From: Oscillospiraceae bacterium
GTDB lineage: Bacteria > Bacillota > Clostridia > Oscillospirales > JAGBHD01
DNA length: 64,000 nucleotides
Assembly (NCBI GenBank): GCA_018110785.1
Contig: JAGBHD010000026.1
Location: 2,054-66,053, forward strand
Direction of reading: 5' to 3'
In this document: piece after piece, positions 56,764 to 64,000 of the stretch
Position numbering within the stretch: the first letter of the stretch is position 1
Layout of the letters: each line of letters opens with the position of its first letter
Program-made: the position numbers and the translations under genes
The notes under the pieces: generated by a model
The model's input: only the letters and a program-made list of their open reading frames with translations
The model's database searches: none
Told to the model about the DNA's origin: nothing

Positions 56764-58278
56764 ATGAGCAGAACTGAAAAATTCTTTAAAAACTCAATAA
56801 CGACAGCGCTGTATCAGATAGTTGTTATGATTGCGGGCTTTATAACCCCGCGCATTATGCTAAGTTATTACGGCTCTGAGATAAACGGGCTGGTAACCTC
56901 GGTTACGCAGTTTATAAGCTATTTCAATTTAGTTGAAGCGGGACTTGCAAGTGCCGCAGCTTATGCCCTTTATAAGCCATTAGCCGAAGAAGATAACGCC
57001 GCTATCAGCTCTATCGTTTCAGCTTCCCGCCGCTTTTATAACATTGCGGGAGCTATGTTCTTCTCTCTAACTGCGGTTATGGCGCTGATTTATCCGTTTT
57101 TTGTAAAGGCAGATGCTTTAGATCCCTTTATGGTAGGTTTATTGGTTTTAGCTATCGGCGCATCGGGAGCTTTGGAATTTTTAACAATGTCGAGATACCG
57201 CGTTCTTCTATCTGCCGACCAAAGAACATATATTCTCTCCCTTGCAACAATAGCCGCCGTTGTTATCAATACCGCCGTTATAGCAGTTCTTTCCCATTTC
57301 GGCGCAAATATCGTTTTGGTTAGAACGGTTGCTTTATCAAGCGTTTTTGTTCGAAGCGCAATTTTAATGATATATGTAAAAAGAAACTATAAAAATGTTG
57401 ATTACTATGCTAAGCCTAATAACGCGGCTTTATCCAAGCGGTGGGACGCTTTAATTCTTCAGATTCTCGGAACAATTCAAGTTGGCGCACCCGTTGTTAT
57501 TGCAACAGCCTGCTGCTCTTTAGAGCTTGTCAGCGTTTATACTGTTTTTTATATGGTTATCAACGGAATTAACGGAATTTTAAGCATATTCCAAAGCGGT
57601 CTTGCCGCCGCTTTCGGAGAGGTTATCGCAAAGGGCGAGAAAGAAACGCTGCAAAAATCATTCTCCGATTTCGAATATACCTATCATATTTTAATTTCGG
57701 TTATCTATTCGATAACGGGTATGATGCTGATATCCTTTATAAAGATTTATACCGCGGGAGTTAACGATGCTACCTATGATGTTCCTCTGTTCGGATTTTT
57801 ATTCGTTTTAAGCGGTATTCTTTACAATATAAAAACGCCGCAATCTATGCTTGTAAACTCGGCAGGATTATACAAAGAAACAAAAATTCAAACAATTATA
57901 CAAGGAGTTATAATGGTGGTCGGCGGATTTGCTCTCGCGCCAATATGGGGTTTAGAGGGAATTATAATAGCTTCTTGTCTTTCCAATCTTTACCGCTGCA
58001 TCGACCTTTGCTTCTTTATTCCGAAATATGTAACGGGGCTGCCGAAAAGAAATTCTATGATAAGTATGACGGTTACTGTTTTAACATCTGTCGCTTTAAT
58101 TTTAAGCTTCGGAAAGCTTTTCAATGTTAACCCCGATAATTATTTCTCATGGGTGCTATGGGCTGTTGTCGCCGCTGTTTTTGCTACGGTCGGAACTCTC
58201 ATCGTTTTCTCTATTTACAGTCCTAAAAAAATGCGCGGTGTATTTTTAAGGGTTTTATCCTTTTTGAAAAGAAGATAA
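56764..58278 (+). CDS. MOP-superfamily polysaccharide/lipid-linked-oligosaccharide flippase (Wzx/MurJ/SpoVB-like)
   Basis: 504 aa with about 14 TM helices. No glycosyltransferase neighbours. Confidence 0.7.
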   Translation: MSRTEKFFKNSITTALYQIVVMIAGFITPRIMLSYYGSEINGLVTSVTQFISYFNLVEAGLASAAAYALYKPLAEEDNAAISSIVSASRRFYNIAGAMFFSLTAVMALIYPFFVKADALDPFMVGLLVLAIGASGALEFLTMSRYRVLLSADQRTYILSLATIAAVVINTAVIAVLSHFGANIVLVRTVALSSVFVRSAILMIYVKRNYKNVDYYAKPNNAALSKRWDALILQILGTIQVGAPVVIATACCSLELVSVYTVFYMVINGINGILSIFQSGLAAAFGEVIAKGEKETLQKSFSDFEYTYHILISVIYSITGMMLISFIKIYTAGVNDATYDVPLFGFLFVLSGILYNIKTPQSMLVNSAGLYKETKIQTIIQGVIMVVGGFALAPIWGLEGIIIASCLSNLYRCIDLCFFIPKYVTGLPKRNSMISMTVTVLTSVALILSFGKLFNVNPDNYFSWVLWAVVAAVFATVGTLIVFSIYSPKKMRGVFLRVLSFLKRR

Positions 58279-58317
58279 AAATATCCCGAAAAGCTATGCT
58301 TTTCAGGATATTTTTTA
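58277..58317. terminator. Bidirectional terminator (flippase / GDPD)
   Basis: AAAATATCCCGAAAAGC / GCTTTTCAGGATATTTT hairpin. Confidence 0.8.
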
Positions 58318-59097
58318 TGCCTCAAATTTTTCAAATATAAATGCCTTAAAATATTTTTTGCTTTTTTGGTAGTCTTCCTTTGTTTCCAAAGTCCAGCAAA
58401 CGGGAAGAGCGCCAAGCAAGGTATTTATACGGCGCGGGAAAAAGCGCGCGTCTTTATGGTTATAGGAAACAAAATCGGGACGCGCCAAAAAATTAAATAT
58501 CATATGCCCTAAAAGAATTTGAGAAACAGAGCCATCGCCCGTTTTCTGAGATAGCTGTCCGCGAAGAATTTCGGGGCGGTTCTTTTTATACCACCGAAGA
58601 ACAGGGGGATAGAAAGACTGTATAAAATACTTGCCCTTATATTCCGATAATATTTTATCTGCCGCCAAACACAGTCTTTTCGCATTTTCAAAGCTAAAAG
58701 CTTTAAATTCGATAAGCAGCGGCACCTTTCCGTCTACTAAGTCCAGACATTCTTTAAGAGTAGGTATCTTTTGGTCGCTGTCCTTTAAGGTATATTCTTT
58801 TATTTCTTTTAAGGTCAGCTCTTCTATTATTTTATCCTCACCGCACATTCTGAGAAGCGTATCATCGTGGAAAACAACAACCTCGCCGTCAGCGGTTATA
58901 TGAATATCGTTTTCAACAGGATAGCCCTTTTCTATTGCCTCAGAAAATGCGTTTAATGAATTTTCAGGGCAGCTAGCTTTCATGCTGTGGTATCCGCGAT
59001 GAGCTATTCTCATTCCGCCGAGAAGCGCTCTGTCGCTGTGTCGGCGAAGAGAGGGGAATATCAAAAAGAGATATATTAAAACTAAAATCGTTATCAT
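58315..59097 (-). CDS. Membrane-anchored glycerophosphodiester phosphodiesterase
   Basis: 260 aa. N-terminal TM segment, then HRGY...ENSLNAF...ENDIHITADGEVVVFHD. Confidence 0.85.
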   Translation of the reverse strand: MITILVLIYLFLIFPSLRRHSDRALLGGMRIAHRGYHSMKASCPENSLNAFSEAIEKGYPVENDIHITADGEVVVFHDDTLLRMCGEDKIIEELTLKEIKEYTLKDSDQKIPTLKECLDLVDGKVPLLIEFKAFSFENAKRLCLAADKILSEYKGKYFIQSFYPPVLRWYKKNRPEILRGQLSQKTGDGSVSQILLGHMIFNFLARPDFVSYNHKDARFFPRRINTLLGALPVCWTLETKEDYQKSKKYFKAFIFEKFEA

Positions 59098-60389
59098 TCG
59101 ACTCCCCCGAGGTTTTCGAGCGCCGCTTTTTCTGCCGAGGGTTTTGAATCACCATGGCGAACAAACAGCATCGTTATAAAGGCAAGGGTTGAGAAAACAA
59201 CTGCATAAGGGAAGAGAATATTATATCCGAATCCCAATTTATCAATAAGCAGACCTGAAAGGAGAGGTGTCGTTATCTGCGCCGCCATAGAAAAGGCATA
59301 ATAAATACCCGTATATTTTCCGACATCTGCGCCGCTGCTCATTTCAACAACCATCGGGAAGGAGTTAACATTTATTGCCGCCCAGCCTATGCCAACAAGT
59401 CCGAAAAGGAGATACATTACAGGTGTTTGAGCTTTAATAAATACAGCCGAAAGATAACAAGCCGTCATTAAGGCAACACCCAAAAGGATAGTTTTCTTTC
59501 TGCCAAGCTTTCCCGAAACAAAGCCTAATGGAACAAAGGAGATGATAGCCGCAATAGTTGCAACCATTAAATAACCCGAGGAAACGCTTAAATCTGCGCC
59601 CCATATATTAACACAATATCTGGAAAAAGCAGTTGTAACGGCATTATATGCCATAAACCATAAAAATACCGATAGAAGAATAAATACCAAACTTTTAAAA
59701 ACGGGGCGGGGAAGCTTTCCCGATCCTGTTTTTTCTTCTTCATCGTGGATATTCGTTTCAGCTAAAACCTTGTTTTCCCGAACGGTAAATACCATTATAA
59801 GAACAGATATCAGCATAAATGCCGCAATAATTAAATAAACGGGAATGAAGGATTGATTTTCGCTGTAAACCGAGCTGCCGTCGGCATTTTTCTCGCTTTT
59901 TAAAAGAAGCATCATAACGCCCATTGCGAAAATTCCGCCAATGTAGCCAACTAAGTTTATAATAGCATTCGCCTTGCTTCTAAGCGGCTTTTCGGTAACA
60001 TCGGGCATATAGGCAACGGCGGGTGTTCTGTAAACCGCCATTGTGAAAAGTATTAAAAAGAGGGCAACAAGAAAGCCCCAAATATTTTTCGTTTCCTGCA
60101 TATAAGCCATTATTACCATAATAATAACCGCCGCTATCGTTCCGAAAAGGATATAGGGTGTGCGCTTACCGAGTGGGGACCGAGTTTTATCGGAAATAGC
60201 CCCGAACAAGGGGAGCATAAAAATCGCGAGAACATTATCGATAGACATTATCGCGTTTGCCGCAAAGGTTCCTATTCCGAAAACATTCTCTAAAACATAG
60301 GGGATAACCTGATCATAAAACTGCCAGAAGCAGAGGATCGACATAAACGCAAATCCTATAAGTACTGTGCGCTTGGTGTTCAGTTTCAT
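59094..60389 (-). CDS. MFS transporter, GPH (glycoside-pentoside-hexuronide) family-like
   Basis: 431 aa with 12 TM helices. DKTRSPLGKRTPYILFG loop motif. Overlaps the GDPD gene by 4 nt. Confidence 0.8.
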   Translation of the reverse strand: MKLNTKRTVLIGFAFMSILCFWQFYDQVIPYVLENVFGIGTFAANAIMSIDNVLAIFMLPLFGAISDKTRSPLGKRTPYILFGTIAAVIIMVIMAYMQETKNIWGFLVALFLILFTMAVYRTPAVAYMPDVTEKPLRSKANAIINLVGYIGGIFAMGVMMLLLKSEKNADGSSVYSENQSFIPVYLIIAAFMLISVLIMVFTVRENKVLAETNIHDEEEKTGSGKLPRPVFKSLVFILLSVFLWFMAYNAVTTAFSRYCVNIWGADLSVSSGYLMVATIAAIISFVPLGFVSGKLGRKKTILLGVALMTACYLSAVFIKAQTPVMYLLFGLVGIGWAAINVNSFPMVVEMSSGADVGKYTGIYYAFSMAAQITTPLLSGLLIDKLGFGYNILFPYAVVFSTLAFITMLFVRHGDSKPSAEKAALENLGGVE

Positions 60390-60624
60390 AACAAACCTCC
60401 GTTTTTCTTTTTATTAAAAGTACCGCCGTAATGCTTGAAATAAGTTTTCGGATAGCAAATAAGATTAAACATATGTTATTATCTCCATAAAATCCTCTTT
60501 TAAAAGATTTTTATTGCTACTGTCAAACTAATATAATAATACAATAAGCAACCTCGGTTTGCAAGATGTTTTATAAGAAGACAAAAGCGCTTTCGTCATA
60601 GCTTTTTCGAACGATGATGTTTTA

Positions 60625-60725
60625 ACAGGAGTCTTTTCTCAGGCTATCGAAGGCTCCACCGGAGCCTTCTCCCAATCGCCCCCAACCTTTCGGTTGCGGC
60701 GATTGGAGTTCGTTTCTCCTCCTGT
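60625..60725. other. Unassigned structured element (three-way junction of perfect Watson-Crick helices)
   Basis: Closing helix ACAGGAG (60625-60631) / CTCCTGT (60719-60725). It encloses GAAGGCTCC-acc-GGAGCCTTC and a ~17-bp hairpin, CTCCCAATCGCC..CAACC-tttc-GGTTG.GGCGATTGGAG. The strand cannot be decided because there are no G-U pairs. Confidence 0.45.
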
Positions 60726-60733
60726 CAGAAGGC

Positions 60734-60769
60734 AAAAATCAGCACCCCTATTTTAGGGGTGCTGATTTT
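60734..60769 (-). terminator. Terminator after tRNA-Arg (also functional on + strand)
   Basis: ATCAGCACCCCT-attt-AGGGGTGCTGAT with AAAAA and TTTTT flanks. Confidence 0.85.
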
Positions 60770-60846
60770 TGGTGTGCCTGACAGGAGTCGAACCTGCGAC
60801 CTTCAGAGTCGGAGTCTGACGCTCTATCCAACTGAGCTACAGACAC
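60770..60846 (-). tRNA. tRNA-Arg (anticodon CCG)
   Basis: Hand-folded 77-nt cloverleaf: GTGTCTG-TA-GCTC-agttggata-GAGC-G-TCAGA-CTCCGAC-TCTGA-aggtc-GCAGG-ttcgact-CCTGT-CAGGCAC-A-CCA. The CCA is encoded. Confidence 0.9.
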
Positions 60847-60997
60847 ATTTCTATTATACTATCTGTTGATTTCGGCGCGATTTTTACTTTTAGTTTATGG
60901 TTTTCTCCGCGCCGTGAGGTTAGTATATCATATCCGAGAGGTTTTATCAATAATAAAATTTCTGCATATAATGATAAAAAGAGCAGGAGGGGACATT

Positions 60998-61252
60998 ATG
61001 TTTTATCTCGTTTATTTTCTAACGCTTTTGGCTCTGTTTTCGAGCCTTTTCTTTATTTGCGCCGTTCATTCCGCCGCCAAGCTCGACCGCCTCTTTATAG
61101 AGCCATCAACAAATTTTCTTTTCTCTCCTAAAGAGGGCGACAGCGCTGTTATCCGTATCGGCGGAAAAGAATCCTTCGCTCTTATACAGTCCCTTTCCTC
61201 TTCTGAAAACGGCGAAACCTTTATTACCCTTAAAATAACTCCCGAAAAGTAA
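60998..61252 (+). CDS. Small single-pass membrane protein, unknown function
   Basis: 84 aa counted from ATG 60998 (AGGAGGGG RBS), starting MFYLVYFLTLLALFSSLFFICAV. The track's longer start at 60866 has no RBS. Confidence 0.5.
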   Translation: MFYLVYFLTLLALFSSLFFICAVHSAAKLDRLFIEPSTNFLFSPKEGDSAVIRIGGKESFALIQSLSSSENGETFITLKITPEK

Positions 61253-61286
61253 AGAAAAGGCGGTCATTTGACCGCCTTTGTTTTTA
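61253..61286. terminator. Bidirectional terminator (small ORF / jag)
   Basis: AAGGCGGT-catttg-ACCGCCTT with flanking A and T runs. Confidence 0.8.
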
Positions 61287-62174
61287 TTGCAATTCGTCGA
61301 GCAAGGAGAAATAAGCGCTGTCGTCAGAATGGTTAGTTCCGCCAACGGGTCTTTCTTCTCTCGGCTTATTATCTCTGCGGCCGCCGCTGCGAGAGCGACG
61401 ATAATCTGAGCCGCGAGAGGGGCGGGGATTGTCAGAAAGGATAACAACCTTTCTTTCGGGCTCTTCGCCGAAGGATTTAGAGGAAACTCCCTCAACTGTC
61501 GACACTGCAGAATGGATTATTCTTCTCTCATAAGCGCTCATAGGCTCAAAGGTATGCTTTCTGCCCGTTTCAGCAACGGTTTTTGCAACCTTTAAAGCGA
61601 GTTCTTCTAAGGTTTTCTTTCTTTTCTCTCTATAGTCTCCGCTGTTTATGGAAACCTTTAAGTAATCGTCTTCCTTTTTATTAACAGCCAAAGAGGTCAA
61701 TGTCTGCAAAGCATCTAAGGACTCTCCTCTTTTGCCGATAATTACGCCGACATCATCGCCGTCGACAGAAATTTTAAGTCCGTTACGGGTATATTTATAA
61801 GAAACCACCGCGCTCTGAAGACCTAACTCTTTGATTATCGACTCAACATAGGAAATAGCCGCATCAATTCTTGTTTTTATATTCTCTTCGGGGGTTATCT
61901 CCTCGTCGGGATTTTCTTCTTTTGCCTCTTTAACCTCTGCTTTTTCTGCAGGTTTGGTTTCTTTTTTCGCCTTTTTTGCAGGCTCCTCTTTTTTGGTTTC
62001 ATATTCGGGCTCTTCTACATAAGCGCGAACCTTATAGTTTGAGCGGGAAAATAATCCCTTTTTGCCGTATTCTAAAATCTCTACCTCTACAGATTCTCTG
62101 GGTAGACCAAGCTCTTCGCAAGCTTTTTCAATAGCTTCTTCGTAGGTTTTTGCGGTTGCAAAAGCTTCTCTCAT
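61284..62174 (-). CDS. jag: Jag/KhpB RNA-binding protein (KH + R3H) with extended tails
   Basis: 296 aa. Jag N-domain, a Lys/Glu-rich linker, KH (GKRGESLDALQ), R3H (ERRIIH), and an Arg-rich C-terminal extension. Confidence 0.88.
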   Translation of the reverse strand: MREAFATAKTYEEAIEKACEELGLPRESVEVEILEYGKKGLFSRSNYKVRAYVEEPEYETKKEEPAKKAKKETKPAEKAEVKEAKEENPDEEITPEENIKTRIDAAISYVESIIKELGLQSAVVSYKYTRNGLKISVDGDDVGVIIGKRGESLDALQTLTSLAVNKKEDDYLKVSINSGDYREKRKKTLEELALKVAKTVAETGRKHTFEPMSAYERRIIHSAVSTVEGVSSKSFGEEPERKVVILSDNPRPSRGSDYRRSRSGGRRDNKPREERPVGGTNHSDDSAYFSLLDELQ

Positions 62175-62189
62175 TTTTCTTCCTCCAAA

Positions 62190-63293
62190 TTATTTCAAAT
62201 CATCATCGGTAACGTCCACAAAAACCTCACCGTATTTTTCAGCATCTCTCATTCGGGCAGCTCTCAATTTCTCTCGAGCCTCCGCAAGTTCTTTCTTTTT
62301 CGCTTCAGCCTCTTCGGGAGAAAGCTCCTCCTCGGGAGCAGGGTTGTTTCTCGCTTCAATTATTTTTTTGCGCATCTCTGCCTCTGCTGCCTTTTTGGCC
62401 TTCTTCTTTGCCTTTAGCTCTTCCTGCTCGCGGGCATACTGCTCTGCTAATTTTTTAGGATTATAGAATTTCGACAAAATAAGCGACTGAAGCATACCAA
62501 CTAAATTGGAGATAATCCAATAAAATCCGATTCCGCAGGGAAGGCCCATAGCGAAGAAGAATGTAATTAACGGCATTACAAGCATCATAACCTTGCTTGT
62601 TCCTGCGGCTGCGGCATTATCATCGCCTGTTCGCATTGCGCGCATTGAAATAAAGCTGCTTAAAAATCCTGCAGCTGCGGCAAGTATCGGAACTAAAATA
62701 AGCCAGCTTGTATAAGACGGCAAGGCGGAAAAATCTATTCCTAAGAAATTATTATCAAAGTTTATTAATGCTTCTAAAGCCGCGGGATCGTATGCACCAA
62801 CCTGAGCCTGAAACTCGGGGTTATGCGCTACAGAGAGGATTTTAAGCTCGGGATAGGTAGCAAGCTTCGAGCCCTCTGCAACAAACTGATCCGCCATAGC
62901 GGCAATTGTTGTTATTGTATCAGCAGCAAAACGGAGAATGTGCTTTAGCGGATAATATACAACGCCTACAACACCGAAAAGAACAGGGAAGGTTATAAGC
63001 ATGGGAAGACATCCCGCTGTAGGATTATATCCCTCTTCTTCATAGAGCTTCTGAAGCTCTGCGCTTTGCTTTTCTCTGTTGTTTGCATATCTCTTCTGAA
63101 TAGCTTCCATTTTCGGACGGAAATATGCCATTTTCGCAGAGGATTTCTGCTGCTTTATCGATAACGGCAACAAAACTGCCTTGGTTATAATCGTAAAAAG
63201 AATTAACGCTATACCATAGTTCTTTATTAAGCTATAGCAAGCCCACATGATCCAACCAAACGGGATCGCAAAGATTTCGAAAATTCCCGACAT
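62190..63293 (-). CDS. yidC: Membrane protein insertase YidC/SpoIIIJ with Lys-rich C-terminal tail
   Basis: 367 aa. Conserved core (GCLPMLITFPV) and a basic tail KAKKKAKKAAEAEMRKK. Confidence 0.9.
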   Translation of the reverse strand: MSGIFEIFAIPFGWIMWACYSLIKNYGIALILFTIITKAVLLPLSIKQQKSSAKMAYFRPKMEAIQKRYANNREKQSAELQKLYEEEGYNPTAGCLPMLITFPVLFGVVGVVYYPLKHILRFAADTITTIAAMADQFVAEGSKLATYPELKILSVAHNPEFQAQVGAYDPAALEALINFDNNFLGIDFSALPSYTSWLILVPILAAAAGFLSSFISMRAMRTGDDNAAAAGTSKVMMLVMPLITFFFAMGLPCGIGFYWIISNLVGMLQSLILSKFYNPKKLAEQYAREQEELKAKKKAKKAAEAEMRKKIIEARNNPAPEEELSPEEAEAKKKELAEAREKLRAARMRDAEKYGEVFVDVTDDDLK

Positions 63294-63296
63294 AAT

Positions 63297-63530
63297 TTAT
63301 TTTCCTTTCTTCCCGAGCCTTTCGGGCACGGGGTCATACCCGCCTTTACAAAGCGGGTGGCATCGGAGCAATCTTTTAAGCGAAAGATATGAGCCTTTAA
63401 CGGCTCCGAAACGATTTATTGCCTCATAGGCATAGGACGAACAAGTGGGATAAAAGCGGCAGCAGACAGGCTTATTAGGAGAAATATTCTTTTTATAAAA
63501 CAAAATAAGCTTCAGTAGAATTCTTTTCAT
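63297..63530 (-). CDS. yidD: Membrane protein insertion efficiency factor YidD
   Basis: 77 aa. [11 protein letters not shown] motif. Confidence 0.9.
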   Translation of the reverse strand: MKRILLKLILFYKKNISPNKPVCCRFYPTCSSYAYEAINRFGAVKGSYLSLKRLLRCHPLCKGGYDPVPERLGKKGK

Positions 63531-63853
63531 ATCATACCGAGCTTTTTAAGACCTTGCTCCATATCCGATTTAACCTCTGCCATTTTCTGCTGCGGGGTTC
63601 GGCTTCGGGCAACAAAGATAAAATCCGTTCGCCTTTTTAAAGAGTTTTCTTTGGAGATTTCATAAAACGCGGCGCGAAGAAGTCTTTTAGCGCGGTTTCT
63701 CTGAACTGCGCCTCCGACCTTTTTGCCCGCAACAACAGCATACTTACCCTCCGCTCTGGAACGACAAGCATAAACTACTACCGACTTGGTCGGCGCGCAT
63801 TTTCCTTTTCCGAAAATTCTTAAGAAATCGCGGTTCTGTTTAATAATCTCCAA
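63527..63853 (-). CDS. rnpA: RNase P protein component
   Basis: Basic protein containing [10 protein letters not shown] prefer TTG 63853 (AGAGGTG RBS 5 nt upstream). The track's TTG 63883 lies inside the rpmH terminator hairpin. Confidence 0.85.
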   Translation of the reverse strand: MEIIKQNRDFLRIFGKGKCAPTKSVVVYACRSRAEGKYAVVAGKKVGGAVQRNRAKRLLRAAFYEISKENSLKRRTDFIFVARSRTPQQKMAEVKSDMEQGLKKLGMI

Positions 63854-63865
63854 AAAAACACCTCT

Positions 63866-63898
63866 AAAAAAGAAGGACCACAATAAATGTGGCCGCTT
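63866..63898 (-). terminator. Hairpin/attenuator between rpmH and rnpA
   Basis: Minus strand reads GGCCACA-tttat-TGTGGTCC followed by TTCTTTTTT. Confidence 0.6.
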
Positions 63899-63902
63899 TT
63901 TA

Positions 63903-64000
63903 TCAGTAGGTTAAAACCTTTCTGCCCTTTGCTCTTCTGCGAGCCAAAACTTTTCTGCCGTTTTTGGTAGCCATTCTTTTTCTGAAGCCATGCTCCTTTT
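63903..64000 (-). CDS. rpmH: 50S ribosomal protein L34; 5' end beyond the right edge
   Basis: My translation gives ...[31 protein letters not shown] with the stop TGA at 63903-63905. Confidence 0.9.
   Translation of the reverse strand, partial: KEHGFRKRMATKNGRKVLARRRAKGRKVLTY

Noticed and set aside
60390-60560. Possible riboswitch in the ~170-nt 5' region of the MFS/GDPD operon
   Set aside because: The region is AT-rich with no conserved core I can match to a known class, and it has no convincing terminator/antiterminator pair. I cannot support the call without a covariance-model search.
60625-60733. Possible second tRNA or pseudo-tRNA (T-arm-like GGAG-TTCGTTT-CTCC plus a 7-bp acceptor-like closing helix)
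   Set aside because: At about 100 nt it has no D-arm and no 5-bp/7-nt anticodon arm, and the internal helices are 9 and ~17 bp. It cannot fold as a cloverleaf. I kept it as an unassigned structured element instead.
1-64000. Mobile elements, prophage, CRISPR-Cas or known defence systems anywhere in the window
   Set aside because: I found no integrase, transposase, recombinase, Cas, restriction-modification, or nuclease/NTPase defence-like ORF in any frame. All large ORFs are assigned to housekeeping or envelope functions.

Overview
This 64-kb window is mostly housekeeping chromosome from a low-to-moderate-GC Firmicute. The Clostridia assignment (Oscillospiraceae/Ruminococcaceae-like) is my inference from gene content, AGGAGG-type ribosome-binding sites (RBS) and TTGACA-17-TATAAT promoters. 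About three quarters of the genes are on the minus strand. The right edge carries the origin-proximal block rpmH-rnpA-yidD-yidC-jag, so oriC/dnaA probably lies just beyond 64000.

Gene content from left to right:
- HydCBA electron-bifurcating [FeFe]-hydrogenase (hydA runs off the left edge).
- A complete Asp-to-Thr cluster, with thrC-thrB divergent from hom-ask-asd.
- An isolated lipoprotein gene.
- mreB-mreC-(extra membrane ORF)-mreD-mrdA-aroK.
- tex plus a small XRE regulator, then HAD-tadA-CPBP protease.
- ptsH and nfnAB, an acyl-ACP thioesterase, a U32 protein and zapA.
- A large LRR/cell-wall-binding-repeat/GH25 muramidase.
- rpmG-secE-nusG-rplKAJL.
- A MinD-like ATPase, mgsA, hisS-aspS and two hydrolases; then rsmA and comEB.
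- A 14-kb gap-free minus-strand gene string: a Gld-like ABC system with GldG/DUF4340/DUF1294, then metG, tatD, DUF512, der, plsY and others.
- A MOP flippase, GDPD plus a GPH/MFS transporter, and tRNA-Arg(CCG).

I found no CRISPR array, integrase, transposase, prophage or recognisable defence system.

Observations most worth a second look:
1. An in-frame TAG at codon 18 of the otherwise intact rpmG (L33).
2. An unassigned, highly structured ~100-nt element next to tRNA-Arg that is bracketed by copies of the tRNA T-arm sequence.
3. The uncharacterised Gld-like ABC/GldG/DUF4340/DUF1294 module, fused transcriptionally to metG.
4. An extra membrane protein inside mreBCD.
5. A strongly promoted GH25/CWB/LRR autolysin where rpoBC normally follows rplL, with 74-nt direct repeats flanking its catalytic domain.
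6. An orphan MinD lacking its membrane-targeting helix.

All family names come from motif recognition by eye. No database search, RNA covariance model or folding program was run.
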